Assembly: GCA_027593235.1 (NCBI GenBank)
Contig: JAQCIU010000003.1
Span: forward strand, 64,001 to 128,000
Direction of reading: 5' to 3'
Length of the DNA stretch: 64,000 nt
Source of the DNA: Chloroflexota bacterium
GTDB lineage: Bacteria > Chloroflexota > Dehalococcoidia > UBA2979
Shown here: positions 9,815 to 22,863 of the stretch, one piece after another
Position numbering within the stretch: position 1 is the first letter of the stretch
Layout: the number at the start of each line of letters is the position of its first letter
Position numbers and translations under genes: made by a program
Notes under the pieces: model-generated
The model's database searches: none
What the model saw: only the letters and a program-made list of their open reading frames with translations
What the model was told of the DNA's origin: nothing

Positions 9815-10198
9815 ATGAGTGCTCGATCTGAACGAGCCGAAGCCATCCTCGACGCGTGCGATCTCACGCCCACGAAACGAGGAGCGGCCAGCGGGGAGTA
9901 TCGCCGGACAGAGGACTTCGCGGACCGAGTCCGCTACGTAGCGATGACGTTCCTGCGCAGAAAGATGGATGGATTCGGAGTTCAGTTCTACGGAGCCGAT
10001 GCCGTATCGCGGGGGAGTGTGTTCGAGGATCAGCTGCGCACGATCGGTATCAGCAGGCGCGGACACCGGAACAACCAACTAACGCTCGTCTGCGAAGTCC
10101 CCTGGCGTGGTGGTGACGTGGATGCCGCTCAACTGGCCCTACTCAAGTGGGCGGCGGCTGGGATTGTCACCGGTGCGCTGGCGCGCCTAGATCAGTAA
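9815..10198 (+). CDS. Hypothetical protein (127 aa)
   Basis: AAGGAG RBS before ATG 9815; AT-richer upstream segment; no recognised motif. Confidence 0.65.
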   Translation: MSARSERAEAILDACDLTPTKRGAASGEYRRTEDFADRVRYVAMTFLRRKMDGFGVQFYGADAVSRGSVFEDQLRTIGISRRGHRNNQLTLVCEVPWRGGDVDAAQLALLKWAAAGIVTGALARLDQ

Positions 10199-10305
10199 GT
10201 CCGCTTGGCTTACGGCCGTGGGTGACGCCGGCGTTCTCGATCTTCCCGAGTTACCTGCCGGCAGGCCGCGTGCCGCCGCACTGACGCCGCGCCAGACGCC
10301 CGCGC

Positions 10306-10731
10306 CTAACGAATCGTCCGCAACCGCACGAGGTGAATCGTCACCCCGGTTGCGATCGCGGCGAGGACGGCGGCGAGCCAGATCGGCGCGTCGATCCAGT
10401 AGGCGGCGGCGCCGATGCCCACCCAGAGGAAGGCGATGCTCACGACCTTCGTTCGGACCGTCGCGCCGCGTTCTTCCTGGTAGTTGCGCAGATACCGCCC
10501 GAACAGGCGGTTTGTCATGAGCCAGCGGTAGGCACGTTCTGAGCTGCGCCCGTAGCAGGCCGCGGCGATGAGCAGGAAGACCGTGGTCGGGAGCAGCGGC
10601 AGGAAGATGCCGAGCACGCCGATTCCCACGAACAGGGTCCCCGTGCCTAGGAGGAGCGCGCGAATTGGCCACGCCAGGGGGCGCTGAGCAGCCGTTTCCA
10701 AATCTCGGACAGGAGCTGCCATTTCTGCCAT
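10306..10731 (-). CDS. YbaN/DUF454 family membrane protein
   Basis: GVLGIFLPLLPTTVFLLIAAACYGRSS...WL...FG.YL signature. Confidence 0.9.
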   Translation of the reverse strand: MAEMAAPVRDLETAAQRPLAWPIRALLLGTGTLFVGIGVLGIFLPLLPTTVFLLIAAACYGRSSERAYRWLMTNRLFGRYLRNYQEERGATVRTKVVSIAFLWVGIGAAAYWIDAPIWLAAVLAAIATGVTIHLVRLRTIR

Positions 10732-10871
10732 TCCCGCAGCGCGCACGGTCTGGAACGGGCACCAGGTGGATTGTATCGCGCCCGCGCGCGGCCTCCGTTC
10801 CCGCTGGGGTCTGGGGATGGTCCGACGACGCCGGCGATCCGGGAACGGGCCAACTGACCGTCCGACACAAG

Positions 10872-10903
10872 ACAGCCCGGGGCGCATTCGTGCCCCGGGC
10901 TGT
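10872..10903 (-). terminator. Hairpin downstream of clpB, probable terminator
   Basis: ACAGCCCGGGGCGC-ATTC-GTGCCCCGGGCTGT inverted repeat about 22 bp after the clpB stop. Confidence 0.65.
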
Positions 10904-10925
10904 GCGTGGCGGTGTTTCGCTGCTC

Positions 10926-13580
<2,655 letters not shown>

Positions 13581-13607
13581 GTGATCTACCTTCATCGTGT
13601 GATGATA

Positions 13608-13628
13608 TATGAGTGTGTACCACTCAGA
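13608..13628. promoter_or_regulatory. HAIR-like (HspR) operator TGAGT-N7-ACTCA
   Basis: TATGAGT-GTGTACC-ACTCAGA about 28 bp upstream of the clpB ATG; core matches CTTGAGT-N7-ACTCAAG. Confidence 0.7.
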
Positions 13629-13924
13629 TAATGGTAGATCGCCCGAAATAGATCAAGGGCCGAATGGCCCGTGCGGCGATAACTGCGGATCCGTGTCGAA
13701 GGGGCGGGGAGGCGAGCCAGCGGAAACTGGCCCAAGAAGCCTGGTCAACGAGGGGAGTGTGGTGGCGGGCGGGCCCAGCCGTTCAGGCGACGATGAGCGG
13801 CTGCATCACCGGAGGCGCCAAGGGGCGGCGTCGCAACCGGTGGGAGGAATGGCATCGGCGCGAGGCGGGTGCCTCGCGCCGATTACCGGACAGCGGAGCC
13901 AGGGCAGGGGCCGCTGAGCGAACG

Positions 13925-14242
13925 CTAGGCGGCGGACTCCCCAGGGATACGCAGGAAGTTGTTGATCCGCCGCGTCGGGTGGACGGTGGCCACTACTCGC
14001 TGAACTTCCTTGCGGAGTTCGGCGGTGGGGACCTCGCCCTTCAGCATCGCCATGCCTTCCCAGAGTTCGACCGTCACGGCGCCGACCGGGAGGCCTTCGA
14101 TGCGCTCGATACGGTGGCGGACCATGGCCAGGTGGCCGCGGTCGCCTGGCAGGCGCTCGGTCACGAACCCAGTCACGCTCTTGAGGATTTGTCCCACTCC
14201 ACGACCGGAGGTCTGTGGTGCCATGCCTGCTGCGGATGCCAT
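13925..14242 (-). CDS. BON domain protein
   Basis: VTVELWEGMAMLKGEVPT...INNFLRI BON-like pattern; GAGAGG RBS. Confidence 0.7.
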   Translation of the reverse strand: MASAAGMAPQTSGRGVGQILKSVTGFVTERLPGDRGHLAMVRHRIERIEGLPVGAVTVELWEGMAMLKGEVPTAELRKEVQRVVATVHPTRRINNFLRIPGESAA

Positions 14243-14329
14243 CGTGCTGTACCTCTCTCATCGGCTCACGCGATGCGGTCAGTGTGCGGGATGGCGAATT
14301 TGCACTTCGTTTGTGATTGCTTCGAGTTT

Positions 14330-15640
14330 TCACATCGTTCCGTCGTCGACGCCGGGGGTGGTGACCACGGTCGGCACGGCGGTCGACGGGAGCGTCACTT
14401 CGACGCGCAGCCCGCCGCGCGCGCCCTGTCGCGCTACGACGGAGCCGCCGCGGCGTTCCGCGATGGCGCGCACGATCGCGAGGCCGAGGCCGGCGCCGGT
14501 ACCAGGTGCGTGGGATCCGGCCTCGGGGGTGCGTGCTTCGTCGACCTGCGCAAAGCGCTCGAAGATTTTGGGTAGATCGGTGGTCGGGACACCCGGTCCG
14601 TCGTCCTCTACCGCGAGGATCGCCGTCCTCGGATCGTTGCGGCATTCCAGGAAGGCGGTCGTGCCGCGCGGCGTGTGACGCACGACGTTCTCCAAGAGCG
14701 CGCGGACGAGTCTTCGGACCTCGCGTTCGGAGGCGAGCACGGTCGCGGGCGGGAGATCGGTGGCACAGGTGACGCCCGCCTCCTCGAGCCAGGGACGGAG
14801 CCGCGCCAGCTCGTCGCCGGCGACCGCGGAGAGGCTGGTCTGTGGCGCCTGGTTACTCGCGGGCGTGGTGAGGCGCGCGAGTTCGAGCAGTTCGTCGAGC
14901 ACGACGTTTGCTTCCGTAGAGACGCCGTGGATCTCCTGGACCAGTTCGCGCTCGTCGGAGGAGAGGTCGCGACGGAGGAGGAGATCGGCGGCAGTCTGGA
15001 TCACCGCGAGCGGCGAGCGCAGCTCATGCGAGGCATCCGCAACGAACGCCTCCTGCCGCTCGTAGGCGAGCCGCAACGGCCGAATCGATCGCCCCGCGAC
15101 GAGGTGTCCGACGGCCAGGGCAGCGCCAAGGCCGAGCAGCGCGCCGCCCCCGAGGAGCCGCCGCACCAGCCAGAGCCGATCGTCGCGCAGCTCCAGGGAG
15201 CGCCCGGCGATCACGGCGCCGGCGACACGCCCTGACTCGACGACGGGCTCGGCGAGGATGCGGAGCCGCTCATCCTCGGCGGCTACCGTGTGCCAGTCGC
15301 GGCGGCCGACGAGCGCCCGGCGCACGAACTCGCCGAACGGCGCGGCGGGCAGGCGCACGTCCGAGGGGTTCGCAAGCAATTCCCCGTTGTCGTCGTAGAC
15401 GAGCACGAAGACCCCGCCTTCCTCGGCGACCGGATCGGTGCCGCGGTCGACGGTGGGTGCGAGTCGGAGGGGGCCGAGGTCGGCGACGACCGCGTCAACG
15501 GTGGCGCTGATGTCGGCATCGATCTGGGCATCGAGGGTGCGGGCGATCCAGACGTAGCCAAGCAATTCGGAAATCAGCACGGTGCCGAGCAGCACCGCGG
15601 CGGCCCAGAGCGTGATCTGAATCTGCGTGCGGCGGAACAA
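14330..15640 (-). CDS. Two-component sensor histidine kinase
   Basis: Two TM segments; FVADASHELRSPL H-box; ENVVRH, DDGPG, GAGLGL. Confidence 0.92.
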   Translation of the reverse strand: MFRRTQIQITLWAAAVLLGTVLISELLGYVWIARTLDAQIDADISATVDAVVADLGPLRLAPTVDRGTDPVAEEGGVFVLVYDDNGELLANPSDVRLPAAPFGEFVRRALVGRRDWHTVAAEDERLRILAEPVVESGRVAGAVIAGRSLELRDDRLWLVRRLLGGGALLGLGAALAVGHLVAGRSIRPLRLAYERQEAFVADASHELRSPLAVIQTAADLLLRRDLSSDERELVQEIHGVSTEANVVLDELLELARLTTPASNQAPQTSLSAVAGDELARLRPWLEEAGVTCATDLPPATVLASEREVRRLVRALLENVVRHTPRGTTAFLECRNDPRTAILAVEDDGPGVPTTDLPKIFERFAQVDEARTPEAGSHAPGTGAGLGLAIVRAIAERRGGSVVARQGARGGLRVEVTLPSTAVPTVVTTPGVDDGTM

Positions 15641-16309
15641 CTACAGGTCCGTGACTTCCAGCCGATAGCCGATGCCGCGCACGGTGCGTAGCGGCAAGTC
15701 ATCGCCAAGCCGCCGTCGCAGGTAGTGCACGTACTGATCGACGGCGTTTGCCTCCGGCTCCTCCGCGTAGCCCCAGACCTGTGCGCGGATGCGCTGGCGC
15801 GAGAGTGCTTCGTTCGGATGACGCAGGAAGAGTTCCAGCATGCGGAACTCCGTCGGCGACAGTTCCACGGGTCTGCCGTCCTGTCGCACCTCGTGGCGGG
15901 GCAGGTCGATCGTGATCGCGCCGACGGCCAGGCGAGTGTCGCTCGGGTCCGGCGGACGCCTGCCGAGCGCGCGCAGACGCGCGAGCAGCTCGTCGAAGGC
16001 GAACGGCTTTGTCAGGTAGTCGTCGGCGCCGGCGTCGAGCCCGCGTACGCGGTCCTCGATGAGGTCGCGGGCGGTCAGCAGCAGGATCGGTGTCATCAGC
16101 TGCAGCCGTCGCAGCTCGCGCACGATCTCCAGGCCGCTGAGGCCAGGCATCATCACGTCGAGGACGAGCACGTCGAACCCGCCCTCGGAGGCGAGTGCGA
16201 GCGCCTCGCCGCCGTCGTGTACGACATCGACGACGTGGCCCTCGGCCTCGAGGCCGCGCTCGAGCAGCCGCGCCATGCGGCGGTCATCCTCGGCAACGAG
16301 TAGGTGCAC
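15641..16309 (-). CDS. OmpR family response regulator
   Basis: LVAEDD, LDVMMPG, GADDYLTKPF, TVRGIGY. Confidence 0.93.
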   Translation of the reverse strand: MHLLVAEDDRRMARLLERGLEAEGHVVDVVHDGGEALALASEGGFDVLVLDVMMPGLSGLEIVRELRRLQLMTPILLLTARDLIEDRVRGLDAGADDYLTKPFAFDELLARLRALGRRPPDPSDTRLAVGAITIDLPRHEVRQDGRPVELSPTEFRMLELFLRHPNEALSRQRIRAQVWGYAEEPEANAVDQYVHYLRRRLGDDLPLRTVRGIGYRLEVTDL

Positions 16310-16467
16310 GGGCAACTCCAGCGTTCCGTCCGCGAGCACGATGAGCGTAGCGGCTCACCCGCTGAGCGTGGCGGTCGCCCGTCCGATCCGATGGGGAACG
16401 GCTCACCAGGCAGCGACCGGGCCGGGTCATCCTCCTATACCGTGAGCGCGCACGAAGGGGAGACGAG

Positions 16468-17430
16468 ATGCCGGCCGAACTGACGCACCACCAACTCGAG
16501 GGCGTGAACGGGTTGTCGATGCACGTCGCCGAGCAGGGCGCCGGCCCGGCGATCGTGCTGTCACATGGTTGGCCCGAGCTCTGGTACTCGTGGCGTCACC
16601 AGATCCCGGTACTCGCCGAGGCTGGCTTCCGCGTCCTCGCCCCAGATCAGCGCGGCTATGGGGGCACGACGGCGCCCGAGGCGATCGAGGCCTACACGCA
16701 GCGTGACTTCTGTGGCGACCTCGTCGGGCTGCTCGACAAGCTGGAGATCGATCAGGCGATCTTCATCGGCCACGACTGGGGCGGCGCGGTGGTGTGGAAC
16801 ATGGCGCTGCATTTCCCGGAGCGCGTGCGCGCTGTCGCCGGCGTGAACACGCCCTTCCGAGGCCAGCCGCCCCTCCCGATGCTCAAGGCGCTCGCCGCGA
16901 GCCCCGGCATGTTTGACTACCAGTTCTACTTTCAGGAGCCGGGCGTTGTGGAGGCTGAGGTAGAGGCCGACGTGGAGCGCTCATTGCGTCTCATCTTCCG
17001 GAGCAGCGACCCCGCTGACGAGTTCGATGTGCTGGCCGGCTTCGACACGGTCCGCGAGCGCGGCGGGATTCTTGCCGGCTACCCGCCTGACGCGCCTCGG
17101 AGCGTGATGCTCACCGAGGAAGAACTCAATGTCTTCGTCGAGTCGTTTCAACGAACCGGGTTTCGCGGCGCCTTCAACTGGTACCGCAACAGTGACGCGT
17201 CGTGGGAATGGGGCGAGCAGACGAAGGGCCGCACGATCGATTGCCCGGCGTTGATGGTGACTGCGGGCAAGGACCCGGTGCTTACGCCGGCGATGGCCGC
17301 CGGCATGGAGTCGGTGGTCCCCAACCTGACCCGTGGCCACATCGAGAACTGCGCCCACTGGACGCAGCAAGAGCGTCCCGAGGAGCTGAACCGCATCCTG
17401 CTGGACTGGCTTGCGACGCTGCCGAAGTAG
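16468..17430 (+). CDS. Alpha/beta hydrolase, epoxide hydrolase-like
   Basis: HGWPELWYSWRHQ, GHDWGG, NWYR, HWTQQE. Confidence 0.92.
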   Translation: MPAELTHHQLEGVNGLSMHVAEQGAGPAIVLSHGWPELWYSWRHQIPVLAEAGFRVLAPDQRGYGGTTAPEAIEAYTQRDFCGDLVGLLDKLEIDQAIFIGHDWGGAVVWNMALHFPERVRAVAGVNTPFRGQPPLPMLKALAASPGMFDYQFYFQEPGVVEAEVEADVERSLRLIFRSSDPADEFDVLAGFDTVRERGGILAGYPPDAPRSVMLTEEELNVFVESFQRTGFRGAFNWYRNSDASWEWGEQTKGRTIDCPALMVTAGKDPVLTPAMAAGMESVVPNLTRGHIENCAHWTQQERPEELNRILLDWLATLPK

Positions 17431-17483
17431 CGTCGCCAGCTACGGTGCGCCGACGCCGGTCTCCGAGCCCCGAAGGGGCGGCG

Positions 17484-18284
17484 CTAGTAGTGGATGGCGT
17501 TGCCGGCGCCGCCGCCGACGGCGATCGCGTCGCCGTTGATGGCGATCGATCGAGGTGAGGCGAGGAACGTGATGACGTTCGCGACCTCCTCGGCGGTGAC
17601 GAGGTGGCGGATCGAGTTGTTCTCGGCGAACTGGCGCTCGGCTTCCTCGATCGAGATGCCCTGCGCCTGGGCGCGCGCCTCGAAGACGGCGGGCATCCGC
17701 TCGGTCATCGTCATGCCGGGGTGGACGACCGTGACGTTGATGCCGTGGGGGCCGAGTTCGTTGGCGAGGTTCTTCGTCAGCGCCGCGACCGAGACGTTGC
17801 GGATGCTGCCGATCGTGGAGCCCGCGCTGCGGGCGGCGAGGCCGGAGATGTTGATGATGCGCCCCCAGCCCTGCGCCTTCATCAGCGGTGCGGCGGCCTG
17901 CGCGACGCGCAGGTAGCCGAGGACCTTGACGTTCATGTCGGCCCAGAACGCCTCGGCGGTGATGTTCTCGAGGGTGGGCGGCGGCCCGCCACCGCCGGGC
18001 ACGGCGGCGCTGTTGACCAGGATGTCGAGGCGGCCGAGTTCGCGGTGGACGTGCTCCACCATCGAGCGGATGGAGTCCTCGTCGCTGGTGTCGGCGACGA
18101 CGGGGAGGATGCGCTGGCCGGTCTCCTCGGCAAGCTCGATCGCGGTGGCGCGGAGGGTCTCCTCGGTGCGGGCGGCGATGGCGACGGTGGCGCCCTCGGC
18201 GGCGAGCTGGCGGGCGACGGCCTTGCCGATGCCCTTGCTGGCGCCGCTCACGAGGGCGACCTTGCCGGCGAGTTCGAGGTCCAT
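17484..18284 (-). CDS. SDR family oxidoreductase
   Basis: GASKGIG, LDILVNSA; atypical active site (SIRN in place of YxxxK). Confidence 0.88.
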   Translation of the reverse strand: MDLELAGKVALVSGASKGIGKAVARQLAAEGATVAIAARTEETLRATAIELAEETGQRILPVVADTSDEDSIRSMVEHVHRELGRLDILVNSAAVPGGGGPPPTLENITAEAFWADMNVKVLGYLRVAQAAAPLMKAQGWGRIINISGLAARSAGSTIGSIRNVSVAALTKNLANELGPHGINVTVVHPGMTMTERMPAVFEARAQAQGISIEEAERQFAENNSIRHLVTAEEVANVITFLASPRSIAINGDAIAVGGGAGNAIHY

Positions 18285-18350
18285 GGTGTGCTCCGGAGAT
18301 GCGGTGTCGTAGGTCGGGTCAGAGGCTCCGCAGCATACCTGCGGCGCGAT

Positions 18351-19316
18351 CTAGGTTGCCGACGAATACCAGTCGAGCACCCGCAGGGCGCGCAACGTGT
18401 TCCAGCGGCTCGGCGTCCCGGCGCCGCCTTCCAGCTCGAAATGGACTGTGCCGGGGTGCGGTTCGCCGAGCGGCCAGCCTCCATCTGGCCGCTGTTTGCT
18501 CACCACGATGCCGATCGCCTCGGTGGCGCGTTCGTCAGGCGTCACGCCGGCTTTCCGCAGGTAGTCGAGACCCCAGAGCAGGTCGTAGTGCCAGCGCGGC
18601 GGGAAGGAGAACTCCGTCCAAGACGTCCCGCCCTTCCGGTCGCGCTCGATGATCTTGCCGGTTGACCCGGAGCGGAGGAGGCTCCGTTCCAGCAGGTACT
18701 CCTCACCGCGGAGGCGGGCGTCGCGGACAGTGGATGCGCCCTCGGTTGCCTGCTCGTACTGCCAGAGGCCCTCGAGGACGCAGATGGTCGAGTTGAACGA
18801 GGAGCGCGTGCTGGGCGGGGCGTCGCAGTTCCAGCCGCCGTCCTCGAGCTGTTCGCCCAGCAGACGGTCGAGGAGCCGTTCGCTTGCCGCGCCGAAGTAG
18901 GCACCGCAGGCGAGGACCCTGCCGTTGATACAGGGCTCGACCTCGCCGTCGAAGAACGGCGAGTTGCCGTGTTCGGGGCCGAACGTGCTGTGGTCACGGA
19001 CGAGGGCGATCGCGGCGCGGGACCGGTCGCTGGCGAGGTCGAGGCCCATCTCACGGAGCAGCATCAGCGTCTCCATGGTGGAGGCCCAGCTCTGGTAGAC
19101 CCAGGCGCCGCCGCCCCAGGCGCCGTCCGCTGCCTGGAGGCTGAGCAGGCGGTGGCCCCAGCCCTCGGTGGAGACGCGCGCACGCTCGGCTGCGGCGGCT
19201 GGGCCGGGCTCGCCGGTGAGGTCGCGCATGACCTGCCAGCGGATCGAGGGGTCGGAGTCGAGCAGCCAGCGGATCACCGACGGGTCGAGGTTCGCGATCG
19301 GTTCTGATGCCGCCAT
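18351..19316 (-). CDS. Terpene cyclase/prenyltransferase-like (QW-repeat alpha-barrel) conserved protein
   Basis: WLLDSDPSIRWQ, QxxDGxW repeats (QAADGAW, QLEDGGWNC, QRPDGGW), SRWNTLRALRVL. Confidence 0.7.
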   Translation of the reverse strand: MAASEPIANLDPSVIRWLLDSDPSIRWQVMRDLTGEPGPAAAAERARVSTEGWGHRLLSLQAADGAWGGGAWVYQSWASTMETLMLLREMGLDLASDRSRAAIALVRDHSTFGPEHGNSPFFDGEVEPCINGRVLACGAYFGAASERLLDRLLGEQLEDGGWNCDAPPSTRSSFNSTICVLEGLWQYEQATEGASTVRDARLRGEEYLLERSLLRSGSTGKIIERDRKGGTSWTEFSFPPRWHYDLLWGLDYLRKAGVTPDERATEAIGIVVSKQRPDGGWPLGEPHPGTVHFELEGGAGTPSRWNTLRALRVLDWYSSAT

Positions 19317-19345
19317 TGCCGCGTCCCGCACTCCTTCCCGCGCGT

Positions 19346-19720
19346 TCAGCGCAGCCGCAGGATGAGCGCGCCAGTCAGTGCCGCAGTGAGTAGCCACGTC
19401 ACCACGACGATCGCGAGGCCGAGCCGCGAGATGCCCGTGCCGACCGAGCTGGCGACGGCGTCGCGATGGGCCTCGAGGACTTCGGGCGGGATCAGACGGC
19501 GGGCGAGCAGGAGCCCCGCGGGAACGATCAGCAGGTCATCGAGGTAGCCGATCACGGGGATGACATCGGGGATCAGGTCGAGCGGGCTGAGCGCGTAGGC
19601 GACCGTGGCGAAGGCGATCACACGGGCGTACCACGGCGTGCGTGGATCGCGTGCCGCGAGGTAGAGCACGTAAGTCTCGCGGCGCAGCGCCCGCACGCGG
19701 GCTTGCCAGTTCGCGAACAT
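19346..19720 (-). CDS. YkvA/DUF1232 family membrane protein
   Basis: [21 protein letters not shown]. Confidence 0.93.
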   Translation of the reverse strand: MFANWQARVRALRRETYVLYLAARDPRTPWYARVIAFATVAYALSPLDLIPDVIPVIGYLDDLLIVPAGLLLARRLIPPEVLEAHRDAVASSVGTGISRLGLAIVVVTWLLTAALTGALILRLR

Positions 19721-19764
19721 CGGGGCGAGCGCTCCTCGGGGATCGACGTTGCGATCGCGATTCG

Positions 19765-20124
19765 TCAGTCGTGGTGCCGCGGCGGTCCGCCGTTGGAGTA
19801 GCCAGGTGGGGTCGCCTCGGTGGGCGCATCGCGCCGGGAGCGGGGATCCTCACGCTCCAGGAGGCCGACCGGCACGGCGGGCAGGGTGACGATGTGTGCG
19901 CCGGCGCGGACGCCGAGCTCCAGCGAGAAGCGCGCCGCAGCCTCGTTGTCGGGCGCCTCGAGGATGGTCACGAAGTCGTAGTCACCGAGGACGGCGTAGA
20001 GGCCGAGGCATTGCACGTCGGACACCTCGATCTCGGCCTCGGCGCGGCGGAGGCTGTCGGGGTCCTCGAGCATCAGGGCGCGGCCATCGCCATCGAGGGT
20101 GAGTAGCAGGACATAGGTGGCCAC
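19765..20124 (-). CDS. GYD domain protein
   Basis: GTG start after GGAGG; [17 protein letters not shown]. Confidence 0.85.
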   Translation of the reverse strand: MATYVLLLTLDGDGRALMLEDPDSLRRAEAEIEVSDVQCLGLYAVLGDYDFVTILEAPDNEAAARFSLELGVRAGAHIVTLPAVPVGLLEREDPRSRRDAPTEATPPGYSNGGPPRHHD

Positions 20125-20231
20125 GGACGCCTCCGGACGGCTTGGGACGGGCTTGGTGTCCCGATATTCGCACGCGCGGGCGGAGCGGGGGAGCGGCCTC
20201 GATCGAATCGACTGCGCTCTGACGCGCCCGG

Positions 20232-21431
20232 CTACATATTGCGGAGCTGGGACCTCGATGCGATGAGCACGGCGCCGATGGCCATCAGCCCGCCCATGAT
20301 GGCGAGCGTGTCGCCAGGCCCGAACTGGGTGCGCATCAGCCCGACGTAAATGGCGGAGATCGGCAGTAAGCCGTTGAAGGTGAGGGCGAAGAGCGCCATC
20401 ACGCGACCCATCATGTGTGGCTCCGTGAACTCCTGGAGCAAGGTCCGCTGGGAGGTCATCAGTACGCCGCCGCAGCCGCCCCAGATAATCATGATGAGCA
20501 CGGTCAGTGGGTAGCTGTTGGACAGGCCAATCGCCATCAAGCCGGGGCCGAAGCAGTTGAAGGCGATGAGGAACATCAACCCGCGGCGGCTGATCTCGCG
20601 TCGTGAGGCGAGGTAGAGCGAGGTGCTGATCATTCCAAGGCTGAGCATGCTGATCAGCAGCGAGGTGGCGAAGACGCCCTGTCCGAGTTCGTTCTTGGCG
20701 ATGTCCGGCATGAGGATGCCGTAGGCGCCGCTGCCGGATCCCATGAACAGGCCGACGATAATCAGCGAGCGGAGCGGGTCGCGGCCGAAGGCGTAGTGCA
20801 GGCCGCTCCTGATGTCGCTGACCATGGAGCGCACGGTGCCGCCGGCGGCGCGTTCGGCGCGCTCGTAGGCGGGGACGTTGACCACCCACATCAGGGCGAC
20901 GCCGGCCAGCATGATGGCGGTGAAGACGAGGAACGCGGGGCCGAGACCGAACACCGCGATCGAGCCGCCGCCGATCACGGCGCCGGCGACCTGGGCGACG
21001 GACTGGCCCATGTTCTGGAAGCCGACGGCGCTCATCAGGCGGTTCGGGGGCACCAGTTGCGGGATCATAGCCTGCAGCGGCGGGACGATGGCGGCGATCG
21101 CCGATCCGACACCAAAGCCGAGCACCATGGCGATCGGGAGATTGATGAGGTCCGCGCCGATCACGGCGGCGGTCGCGAGCAGTCCTGCCGCGGCAGCGAG
21201 GCCGACGTAGATCGTCATCAGCCGGCGATCGACGCGATCCGAGATTGCGCCAGCCGGGAGCGAGATGAGCAGGCCGGGGATTCCGACGGCGAAGCCGAGG
21301 AACGCCGGGGCCGCGGCGTTGTCGCTGATCTCGAGCGCAATCCAGATGAAGGCGAACCGGGTGATCCCGGCGATGAGGGACGTGAGGAAGTTCGCGAACC
21401 AGAAGAGCCGGTAGTCGCGGAGCGCAAGCAC
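20232..21431 (-). CDS. MFS transporter
   Basis: About 12 TM segments; GAISDRVDRR motif A; MGRVMA. Confidence 0.9.
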   Translation of the reverse strand: MLALRDYRLFWFANFLTSLIAGITRFAFIWIALEISDNAAAPAFLGFAVGIPGLLISLPAGAISDRVDRRLMTIYVGLAAAAGLLATAAVIGADLINLPIAMVLGFGVGSAIAAIVPPLQAMIPQLVPPNRLMSAVGFQNMGQSVAQVAGAVIGGGSIAVFGLGPAFLVFTAIMLAGVALMWVVNVPAYERAERAAGGTVRSMVSDIRSGLHYAFGRDPLRSLIIVGLFMGSGSGAYGILMPDIAKNELGQGVFATSLLISMLSLGMISTSLYLASRREISRRGLMFLIAFNCFGPGLMAIGLSNSYPLTVLIMIIWGGCGGVLMTSQRTLLQEFTEPHMMGRVMALFALTFNGLLPISAIYVGLMRTQFGPGDTLAIMGGLMAIGAVLIASRSQLRNM

Positions 21432-21618
21432 TTCGCGCAGCGGGTTTCGTTCCGCCGGGGCGGTAGTCGCTGGGCGGGATGCTTCGGAGGTGGCGATGGG
21501 ACAGCCTCGTTCAATGCAATTGTGATGAAGCTAGGATTATACTCGCAGGCTGTCAGCGGTGCATAAAGTGGTAGTTACTCGATCCGGCTGACTAGGGGCT
21601 GTTGGGCGAACGGTACGG

Positions 21619-22380
21619 CTAGAAGCCGCCGCCGTTGACGTAGATGCGCTGGTTGGTGACGTAGCTGCCCTGTGGCCCGACGAAGTAGAGCACGGCGTTG
21701 GCGATGTCCTCCGGCTGGCAAACGCGGCCGAAGGGGCTGGTGGCGTCCAGTTCGCGGATGTCCTGGACGCCGCGGGTGGCCCGGACCAGGCGCTTCCCCA
21801 TGTCCGTTTCGACGAGGCCGGGCGCGACGATGTTGACGTGGATGCCGTTCGCGCGTTCCTCCTTGGCGAGGCTGAAGGCGACGGCCTCCATGGCGGTCTT
21901 GCCCATGTTGTAGGGCGCACCGCGACCGCTGAGGCCCGCCGTGGCGCCCGAGGAGATCATGACGACGTCGCCGCGATCGAGTTCGCGCATTTGCGGGACG
22001 AGCAACTGGCTCATGTAGAACGAGCCGAAGGCGTGGGTGGCGACGACACGGCGCATCTCGTCCGGGTCGGTCTCCGCGATAGTGTTACCGCGCGAGGCGA
22101 TGCCAGCGTTGTTGACGAGGATGCCGATCGATTCGAAGTCGGCGAGTGCGGCGGCGACCATGCGCTCGCACTGCTCGTAGTCGGAGACGTCGGCCTGGTA
22201 GGTCGCGGCGCGGCGTCCGAGGGCGCGCACTTCCTCGGCGAGCGCGTCGGCGGATGCGGCGTCACGGGTGTAGTTGATGGCGACATCGGCGCCTGCCTGT
22301 GCGAGGCCGCGGACGATCCCGGCGCCAATGCCGCGTCCACCGCCGGTTACGAGTGCCGTGCGTCCGCTGAGATCGGTCAT
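21619..22380 (-). CDS. SDR family oxidoreductase (FabG-like)
   Basis: TGGGRGIG, NNAG, YNMGK. Confidence 0.92.
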   Translation of the reverse strand: MTDLSGRTALVTGGGRGIGAGIVRGLAQAGADVAINYTRDAASADALAEEVRALGRRAATYQADVSDYEQCERMVAAALADFESIGILVNNAGIASRGNTIAETDPDEMRRVVATHAFGSFYMSQLLVPQMRELDRGDVVMISSGATAGLSGRGAPYNMGKTAMEAVAFSLAKEERANGIHVNIVAPGLVETDMGKRLVRATRGVQDIRELDATSPFGRVCQPEDIANAVLYFVGPQGSYVTNQRIYVNGGGF

Positions 22381-22863
22381 GGTGCCTCCGTCGTCGCTGC
22401 TTCGCTGGGTGCCCGGAGTGGGCGGCGCACAGTCTAGCGAGACGGGGCGTTGGCGGTCAGCCGATCACGGTTCGAGCGTGGACACCTCGGGTGGCGTTGG
22501 CCGTCGGACGACGGCGGTGAATGGCGAGCGCGCGCGAAGGCGAGCGGGGTCACACTTCGACCTCACCCGCGCTGATCCGGGCGTCGAGGATGGCAACGAG
22601 GGATTGGAGGGCCGCCCGCGCCACAGGGGAGGCGAATCCAGCCGTGACGCGGGCAGCACCATGGGACGTGAGGGCTAGCCCTCGCTCAACTCGACCCACG
22701 TTGGCCGGGTGGCCGCGGCGAGTGGGATCGGCGGAACTCCGATCGTCGACGGTGCGATGACGAAGCCCCCGATCCGAGGCCGATGTTGCGCGACCGCAGA
22801 GCGGATGCGCAGAGCCGGAAGTCCCGAGGAGTGGGGACCGATCGCCGCGCTCCGTGCGGCGAC

